DNA of 64,000 nucleotides from Octopus vulgaris (lineage: Eukaryota). This document shows, piece after piece, positions 54,590-64,000 of the stretch. Within the stretch, counting starts at the first letter, position 1. The number at the start of each line of letters is the position of its first letter. A model generated the notes under the pieces. The model saw nothing but the letters and a program-made list of their open reading frames with translations. It was not told the DNA's origin and searched no databases. The stretch covers positions 121,706,001-121,770,000 of the forward strand of contig OX597820.1 in assembly GCA_951406725.2 (NCBI GenBank). Direction: 5' to 3'. Position numbers and translations under genes: made by a program.

Positions 54590-55162
54590 AGGTAGGTAAG
54601 TTGGTAGGTAAGTTGGTAAGTAGGTAGATAGGTAGGTAGATGGGTAGGTAGGTAGATAGTTAGGTAGATAGGTAGGTAGATAGGTAGGTAAGTAGGTAGA
54701 TAGGTAGGTAGGTAGTTAGGTAGATAGGTAGGTAGGTACGTAGTATGTATATATTTATGCCAATATATGTATATGTGCAAGTGTCAAGTGAAATATCTGA
54801 TAACAATGGTTGCACTGGTTTTATTAAATCTGTCCGTCCTGAGCATTATCAGACAATTGCAGATAGGTAAATAGGTAGGTAAGTATGTAGATAGGTTGGT
54901 AGGTAGTTAGGTAGGTAGGTAGTTAGGTAGGTAGATAGGTAGGTAGGTAGGTGGGCAGGTAGGTAGATTGTTAGTTAGGTAGATAGGTAGGTAAGTAGGT
55001 AGATATGTAGGTAGGTAGTTAGGTAGGTAGGTAGGTACGTACGTATGTATATATTTATGTCAATATATGTATATGTGTAAGTGTCAAGTGAAATATCTGA
55101 TAACAATGGTTGCACTGGTTTTATTAAATCCGTCCGTCCTGAGCATTATCAGACAATTGCAA
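54590..55162 (+). repeat. Tandem duplication with 300-bp period: (TAGG)n plus ~125-bp unique core
   Basis: gtgtcaagtgaaatatctgataacaatggttgcactgg..gagcattatcagacaattgca at 54781 and 55081. Confidence 0.92.
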
Positions 55163-55534
55163 ACTAAACTGGTAACTCTACCGTTTTGTCTCGGTAAAGA
55201 GGGCGACTTGGGGATATAGCGCGGGAAGAAAAGCGATGACTGTCCAAAAAGAAGATAAAGTCATTAAAGCCAACTGGAAAATATAACCAACAAGATGCTT
55301 CCATTGTATTAGTTAGAATGGTCGATGCTACGTCACTTAAGCGACATCTAACAGCCAACTGTTATTACGAGTGTAGTGCCAACATGTGCCGCGTTATTCC
55401 TCCCTGAAACATATAATATATCGCACAGAGAGATACTAGTTTAAGAAATTTGCGCAGAACCTCAAGAAATAATGTCAATAATTCAAAAATATACCGAGTC
55501 AGTCACTGCCCTGTTTTCAGAGAATACTTTACCA

Positions 55535-55566
<32 letters not shown>

Positions 55567-55783
55567 AATCACTCTTTCCAAGTGTCAGTAAAAAAGTTCA
55601 ACTGCGAGGTAAGGAATCGCGTCTTTATCTGATTGAATGGAATGTTAGAACTTTTCTCGACAGAAGAATGATTGATTGAGTAGAGATACAGATTTATATT
55701 GTTTACGGTAAATCGCCTCCAGTTTCTTTAACGGAATCAGCATCGACTATCGACGAAGAACCTACGATAAGGATTATGTTAAT

Positions 55784-55860
<77 letters not shown>

Positions 55861-55861
55861 G

Positions 55862-55894
<33 letters not shown>

Positions 55895-55923
55895 ATATAT
55901 ATATGTATATATATATATGTATG

Positions 55924-56042
<119 letters not shown>

Positions 56043-56636
56043 GTATGGAAAGATAGGAGGGGTAAGATGAAAAAGAGAAGTGTGTTCTCTTTTTGCTATA
56101 GGCTGGGGCGTGAAAGTCAAGGTATTAGGAAACAAGAAAATATTTAATGCAGAAGAAAGGTCGGAATCACGAAGGAATGGAAGAGAGGGAGAGAAGTGAC
56201 AAAGGGAGAAAGTTGGAGAGAGTATAAAGCATGAAAGTCGATAGAAGAAGAATGATAAAGAAACAAAGAAGGAAGGAATAAAGGCAAGAAAGAAATTAAA
56301 AAGGAATGAAATATATTTTTAAAAAATGAGAAAAAGAGGGAAAAACGAAAGATGACGAGACGGTCGATTAGGAGAAAAGAATGTAAACGAAGACGGGAAT
56401 AATGAAATTCTTTTAGTAAATGAAAACCGAAAACCACAAGAATTCATGAAATGTTAATAAAAATATAAATGAAAGTTAGAAACCAGGAAAATGAAGGATA
56501 AAAGACGAAATAGAATGGGAGAATAAAAGAAGAAACGGTGATAAAGAGCGAAATTTAATATCGAATGAGAAAAAAACTGTAAAGAGAATGATAAAATAGA
56601 GAATTAGAAAATGTAAGATGGCGGCGAGAAGACGGT

Positions 56637-56684
56637 AAAGAAGAAGAAGAAGAAGAAGAAGAAGAAGAAGAAGAAGAAGAAGAA

Positions 56685-56716
<32 letters not shown>

Positions 56717-57651
56717 AGGAAGAGGAAAATAATAAGATGAAGAAGAAGAAGAAAAAGAGGAAGAAGAAGAAGAAGAAGAAGAAGAAGGAGGAGGAGGAGG
56801 AGGAAAATAATAATAAGATGAAGAAGAAGAAGAAAAAGAGGAAGAAGAAGAAGGAGGAGGAGGAGGAGAAGGAGGAAAATAATAATAAGATGAAGAAGAA
56901 GAAGAAGAAGAAGAAGAAGAAGGAGGAAGAGGAGAAGAAGAAGAAGAAGAAGAAGAAGGAGGAGGAGGGGGAGGAGAAGAAGAAGAAGAAGAGAGAGAGA
57001 GAGTAAAAAACAATAATAAAAGCTTAAAAAAAATTGCAATCAAAATTCTATTAAAATAAAAATAAGGAAATTAAAACTGGGAAACGAGGAAGGATAAAGG
57101 AACGGAAATAATTATGAAAAGAAAAATACCCAAACATTTTAAGAAGAATGGAAAGAAAGCATTAAATTTGATAAAGTGAAAAAAAGGAAGGAAGGAAGGA
57201 AGAAGTTTTAAAATAACCACAGAAGGATTACGGGAAGAATTACGTGAAGATATGAAGAATTCTGTGTGTCGTAGATTTAACGACAACGAATGAGACAATT
57301 GGTAAGCAAATGGTTTTTAAAGCTCAGAGAATTAAAATAGGAAAGGAAGAATAGATAATGGTCGGCTGGCCGATTCTTATGTTAGAAAGCGTTTGAGCAG
57401 AGGACTGCTTGGTCAGAGCTGGCCTGGGGTTAAACGAGGAGGAGGAGGGCGGTGTTGAGGGTGTTGGGTGTGAGAGGTTGGGGCGGAGGGGGACAACTGT
57501 TGAGGAGGCTGGGTGTGAGAGGTTGGAGAGGAGGAGAAAACAAAGGAAGAGGAGGGGAAGAGGAGGAGGAAAATAAGAAGAGGAGGAAAAGAAGAAGAAG
57601 AAGCAGAAGAAGACGAAGAAGAAGAAGAGGAAGAGGAGGAGGAAAATAAGA

Positions 57652-57690
<39 letters not shown>

Positions 57691-57732
57691 AGAGGAGGAG
57701 GAGGAAAATAAGAAGTGGAAGAAGAAGAAGAC

Positions 57733-57767
<35 letters not shown>

Positions 57768-58100
57768 AGAAGAAGAAGAATAGGAGGAGGAGGAAAATAA
57801 GAAGTGGAAGAAGAAGAAGACGAAGAAGAAGAGGGGGAAAATGAGAAGGGGAAGAAGAAGAAGAAGAGGAGGAGGATGAGGAAGAGGAGGAGGAAAATAA
57901 GAAGTGGAAGAAGAAGACGAAGAAGAAGAGGAGGAAAATAAGAAGTGGAAGAAGAAGAAGAAGAGGAGGAGGAGGAGGAAAAAAATAAGAAGAGGAAGAA
58001 GAAGAAGAAGAAAAAGAAGAAGAGGAGGAGGAAAATAATAATAATAATAATAATAATAAGAAGAAGAAGAAGAAGAAGAATAAGAAGAAGAAGAAGAAGA
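56637..58100. repeat. Purine-rich (GAA/GGA)n arrays with higher-order gaaaataagaagtggaag units
   Basis: Two blocks, 56637-57003 and 57540-58100. Confidence 0.9.
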
Positions 58101-59213
58101 AAACAGAACGGATGGCAATTTAACTGAAATCCCTAACCTGAATGAATATAAAGGAATTTATTAATCCGAATAAAAACGAATGGATTAATTACAATCAGTG
58201 AAAACGAAGGAACTGATTAGCAACATGGCGTATTATGTATTCTTTACCCAGACTCATCGTTAAAATTTTGCCATCGATTATTTAATTTTAAACACAGAAT
58301 CTCTGTAAAGTGCATCTGTTGTTTTCAAGGGCATTAACTCTGCAAAAGATTCAACTTAGCAAAGACCCTATTTCTCCCAATCCTAAGACCACGTAAGCTT
58401 TATGCTTGCAGATTTTTACCCCATGCCTTCAAGGTTATTTCTGCACTAACGCTCTTTGAACAGCAGGCTGGCTCAATCGACATTCCAAACACGACAAATA
58501 TGATAATAATATAAGAATCAACATGTAAAAGTCGAAATGTTCTGTTAGGAAGTGAAACACAAGCTTTATGTAAAAATAAAAGTAGCATAAATTAATGGCT
58601 TAGGCTTGGAGACGAGTTTCGAAGAGGAATCGCGAGGAATCAGAAGGAATCAGAAGGAATCACTCTGCCTGGTTTCCCAAAGAATGGGCTGAAATTAGCA
58701 ATAATTTGGGATTTATCCGAGAAATACAGTGTTGTGATTGAAAGATATACTTGGCACGAAATATATTGCAATTTATGAAAATATCTGATGAGAGTATGGG
58801 GGTGGGGGTGGGAGGAGCGTTTGTGTGGGGGTGGGGTGATGTGGGGTGCATATACCTATTCGAGTGTTTGGTTTCTGTGGGATCTTTTCCACTTTTTAAA
58901 TCCCACAACCGAAAGTTAAATAAACAAACATGTGAAGACGTGATGACGAGCATTTTCAAGATGATGATGGCGATGACAACGAGTGCGATGATGATTCTTA
59001 GAAAGAGGATTTTTACGATGATTATATACTGCTGCTGCTGCTGCTGCTGCTGCTAAGGAGGATGGTGATGGCGATCGTAGTGCTGACGAAGACGACGATG
59101 ACGATGAGATTGTATAGAAAAATATTTGATTACGATGGTGATGTTGGAAATGTTCACGACGATAACGATGAAGATGATGCTGAGAACAATAACTAAGATA
59201 ATGTCGATGATGC

Positions 59214-59252
<39 letters not shown>

Positions 59253-59253
59253 C

Positions 59254-59298
<45 letters not shown>

Positions 59299-59462
59299 AA
59301 TAATGGTGATGATGATAAAGAAGAGAAGGAAAGGGAAGGAAGAAGAGAGAGAGAGAGAGAGAGAGAGAAGGAAGAGCATTATCAGGATGACAATAAAATT
59401 GCTTCAAATTTAGGAAATGAAAAAAAAACAGATACATAAACACCTATTGTTTCGTTTTATAT

Positions 59463-59500
<38 letters not shown>

Positions 59501-59693
59501 GCACACATATATATATATACATACACACACACATATATATATATATGTGTATATATATGTGTATATATATATATATGTATATATATGTATATATATACAT
59601 ATATATATACGCACGCACATGAGCATACACGCATACACGCACATATATGTGCACAGGCATACAAACATACACAGTGGTTCCATGCGACACACG

Positions 59694-59735
<42 letters not shown>

Positions 59736-60081
59736 TACCATGAAGAAGTACAAAAATATAAACGCAAGTCATGAAGAGGAAGAGACGAAGAAAATTGGGG
59801 AGAAGAGGATGGTGGTGGAGGGGGGTGAGAGAATTTAGTAATCTTGTTGTTGTTGGTGTTGTTGTTGATGCTGGTGGTTGTGGCGGTGGTGGTGGGATAG
59901 GGGTTGTAGTGGCCGATGTTGCAGTGTTATAGAGATGGTTGAATGTGGGTGGGCGTGTGGGGTGGAGAGGTCGGGGTGGCGTATGAGTTTTGTAAGAAAT
60001 TTTCTTAGTTGGAAGGTCAAATCTAGTTTGTGACCTTTAAGAAAATTGCCAAAGATTACTGACTGCTCTGGGTCATCCACT

Positions 60082-60112
<31 letters not shown>

Positions 60113-60369
60113 GCAACGACCCTTCGCTATCTTTTGTCAATAGAATAGTTGTGTAGTCGTTCCGGTAATGGTAGTTCTGTTGATGTTGCTTCTGGAGGTG
60201 GCGGTGGTGTTGGTGGTGGTAGTGGTGGTGATGGTATGAGTTGTGCTGGTATTGGTGGTGGTAAGTGATGGTTGTAGTAGTGGAGTTAGTACTGCTAGTG
60301 GTTGTTTTCGTAGTATTCCCGTAGTAGTACTGAAGCTAATGCTAATAATAGCGGTTTTCATGGCAGTTT

Positions 60370-60405
<36 letters not shown>

Positions 60406-60412
60406 CAGTAGC

Positions 60413-60457
<45 letters not shown>

Positions 60458-60569
60458 GGTGGTGGTGGTGGTGGTGTAGGTTATGTTGGTATCAAATGCT
60501 TGGAGATAACCAATGAGTTGAAAAAATGTCCTTCTTGTAGTTGTAAAACTCTAAGTTGAAGGAGTCCTG

Positions 60570-61525
60570 CGATCAAAGACAATCCAGCCGTGAACATCTC
60601 GACCCATTCCTATGTGCAAGAAACCCCGTGTATGCTTTTTGAACGGCAGGGTGTGCCTTGTTAGATTTCTTCTGGGTTGGGCGCCTACGAAGACAATCCA
60701 TCGCTGAGCCGTGCGGCCACGGAGAGTTGTTGCAGCTCTTGTTACTGTCACAAGTCTGTGCAGCAGTTTTTATTGGAGAAGACCAAAGATGAAAGACGTT
60801 CTAAGTATGACCATTCCGTCTTTCATTTAAGACGGTAGAGTATATTTCAAGGAGTTTGGCTGTTATTTCCAGCATATCGAGTGACACAATAGGGGATCTT
60901 ACTAGCATGTGTAGATAGCGATAACGAAGATGATACTGCGGTTCTCGTAGTGGTGGTGGTGGTGGTTTGGTGGTGGCCATTGTGGTAGTAAAGGAATAGG
61001 TTTTTCATCTGAAGTGATTTTCCTTAATCAGAACGATTTGGGAGAAACTTCTGTATTGATTACTGTAATTGTAACAGTATAGGCTGTGGTCAAGTGTAAG
61101 GGTGGTGGGGCAACTGTTTTTGTTTCTGCTATGAATTAGCGGGCAAACTTATAGTCACAGTCGCTCCATAAGTGACCTTCCCATCTTATATGCTCAAACA
61201 ATGTTTACGACTTCTTTACTCATTCTATCTTTTCTTTGACAAAACTGTGTTATTGCATTTGAGGGAAGATTTATCTTTTACTTCTACCCAGGGCTCCTTC
61301 GTGAACGCGAATGGTAGTAGTAGTGGTGGTGGTGGTGGTGGTGGTGGTGGTGGTGGTGGTGGTGGTGGTGGTGGTGGTGGTGGTGGTAGTGGTGGTGGTG
61401 GTAATGTGGTGGTAATTTCAGTTTGTTTAGTAGTGATGGCGCCTATAATCTATTTGCCAATCGTTAAATTTTTTAATTATTCATTTTTAATTATTAATCG
61501 TTAACTCTTATTAATTGTCTATATT

Positions 61526-61607
<82 letters not shown>

Positions 61608-62436
61608 TGTATGTATTCACATATTTCAAAGAACTAGTCCCCAAGTCCTGGCTGTACTTCGGGTCACGGGTTATTGTTACTTATTTTATTGACACCGATT
61701 GCTTTTTGTAGTTATTTTCTTTGTTTAACCCTGGGTCAATCGTAATCTGATCCATCTATGATCAAATGCATTCATGCCGTGACCACTACGTTGAATTTTC
61801 TTATAAGCGACAACATTATCTTAGATGCATTTTTCGTATTGAAGTTGGTAGATGTGATTTGAGGGAGATTTGGCTGTTATTTTCCCCCTCGTTGATATGT
61901 CTCACCTTGAGATTAATCAAAGCGTGAGGTTGCTAAACTCCCTTCATTGGTCAAGATCTGGTCAGCTCTTGGAGATAGATGCAAGGCGATACTGTTCCAT
62001 TTGAACTCGAAACGGGGAAAGGTGACGACGAAGTGGTTGAGGGCCCCTAGTTCGGTTCCCTCTCGTATCTAAATCATAACAAGACCAAATATCAAATAAC
62101 TTGTTGAAGCAGCTTCATCAGTTTTTGTTTGTTTGCTTTTCCTTAACCCTGTCTCACGCATTTAAGAGAATGTGTGTGTGTCTGTGTGTGTGCGCGTTGG
62201 GAGTGGTGGATGCTGTGTTGTTTATTTACCAACTCTACCAATACATACACCCCCCCCCACACACACACCGAAAGCCGATCATTCATATCAACGAAAGCCG
62301 TCCCTGTTCCGTCCTTCCGCCATTCTAATTATGTTATCCTGTTTCTTAATCGCTTCAACAGTGAAAGCTGAGAATTGTAGGGGAGGCATTTCTCGCTTGT
62401 TGATCCCTTTTTAAACGGTTTAGATCTCCTACAGCA

Positions 62437-62488
<52 letters not shown>

Positions 62489-62860
62489 ATAATAATAATA
62501 ATAATAATAATATAGATCATAATAATAATAATAATTCATTCTTTTTATTGGCCACAAGGGCTGACACACATGATTGGAAAACATTAAAGGACAAAACTAT
62601 ATTTAGTTTACAAAGAATGTGTGATGAACTGACCTGTTTCACCATTTTATATATATGTGGAAGCTGTTGTGCGCGGCTGAAGAAGGCCACAGACATACAT
62701 TATGCATTGTTATAAATCTGTCTAATAAAGGCCCGAAACATATGTACCGCTGAATCCTTCGCATCATGTTTTTATTTTATTTTGATCAATTTACACTCCA
62801 CCACCTACACCACCAAACGGTATACACAGGTGCTTATAATTATCAAGTACTCACCCCCGA

Positions 62861-62908
<48 letters not shown>

Positions 62909-62913
62909 ACAAC

Positions 62914-62991
<78 letters not shown>

Positions 62992-63560
62992 GCTACTACT
63001 ATTCACCGTCAGAATGGCCTTGGGAGATTCTATCCGGTTATTTGATATGCTAGAAATAGCAACTAAATTATCCTCAAACTTGATCCCACTGTGTTACGTG
63101 AAGAAGAGTTGAACTAAAAAATATAATCATGGATGAACCCCCTAAAGACAGGGTGATCACGTCTGCAATGACTATGATCAGCGAAACCTCCCTCAAATTC
63201 CACCTTCAAAACAAGAAGGAGGCATTGACTAAGATATTCTACATAAAACGAATAGAATGTTTTTGATCATCGTCTGCTTAATCAGGACTAACCTGGGGTT
63301 AAACAACGGTAATCATAAACTCTACACTTTTACATGATTTTTAACGAGATATCTTCAGTCCTGTATCTCGATCTGCTAGAAATAGTAGCAGGTCGTGAGA
63401 CATCAACTTGTATCTGTTAGAGGCGAATACATCTCGACCGATATCGTAAGATCAACAATAGCGAATCGGGGGAACCTTTGCATAGTCATTTAATTGTCTA
63501 GAAATAACAACCAAATCCCACTCAAATCCATAAGAAAAGAACATGGAAGATAATGTAATT
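60570..63560. repeat. Cluster of degenerate copies of an unclassified interspersed repeat
   Basis: Motifs gatcaaa..cagccgtga and gatttgagggagatttggctgttattt occur on + (60570, 60850, 61255, 61760-61880). Their reverse complement gctagaaatagcaactaaa..cctcaaa occurs at 63048, 63375 and 63498. Confidence 0.55.
62673..62750 (+). ncRNA. Type I hammerhead ribozyme
   Basis: gcgg-CTGAAGA-aggcc...ggccc-GAAA-c-atat-GTA-ccgc. Stem I gcgg/ccgc, palindromic acatatgt stem III, A.C mismatch at the first stem II pair. The element ends in (TA)n at ~62866. Confidence 0.75.
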
Positions 63561-64000
63561 GTACGTAACCACAACATAGACCGTGGTGTGAAGGCAAGCA
63601 TGCATTTCATCGTAGATGAATATACGGAGTCTTACTCTAAGCCTCTCAGGATTTGAACTCCAGGCACACATTTGGAACTCAGACCAAAAACCGTTTTATC
63701 CGTTTCTTTTATAATTTTGCCAACCAGCCTCCGTAAATGTATGCACACACACACGCAGGGAGACGCACACACACATACATACACACACACACATACACAC
63801 ACTCATGCACATACATGCGGAGCCACATTACATACATATGATTGTGTGTGTGCGTGCGTGGTTGTTTAGATATACATGTGTCTAAAACTATGTATATTAA
63901 CATTTAAGATTGAAAAATTTCGTAATTATATAATGTATTCACAGATCTAAACACACATTTGCGCGTGTGTTCGTGCATGTGTGTCTGTGCGCGTATTTGT

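Noticed and set aside
56476-58118. Ser/Leu/Pro-rich ORFs up to 264 aa
   Set aside because: Translations of (GAA/GGA)n arrays.

Overview
AT-rich, extremely microsatellite-dense animal non-coding DNA. The tRNA-derived SINE families resemble those of octopus (cephalopod; inferred, not verified). I found no credible host protein-coding exon, rRNA, true tRNA or CRISPR array. Nearly all listed ORFs are translations of simple repeats. The window holds at least four tRNA-derived SINE families (some dimeric, chimeric or nested), five copies of a GG-terminated MITE with 8-bp TSDs (Merlin-like) that carries telomere-type TTAGGG repeats, two non-autonomous Helitrons, a probable solo LTR, and decayed RTE, Penelope-like (PLE) and Tc1 remnants. 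The most striking signal is a set of sequence-unrelated short elements lying in or beside (TA)n tracts. They carry type I hammerhead ribozyme (HHR) motifs, including intact ones and a compensatory U3-A8 core variant, and are often arranged as inverted repeats. This fits Penelope-like pseudo-LTR fragments that generate long hairpins.
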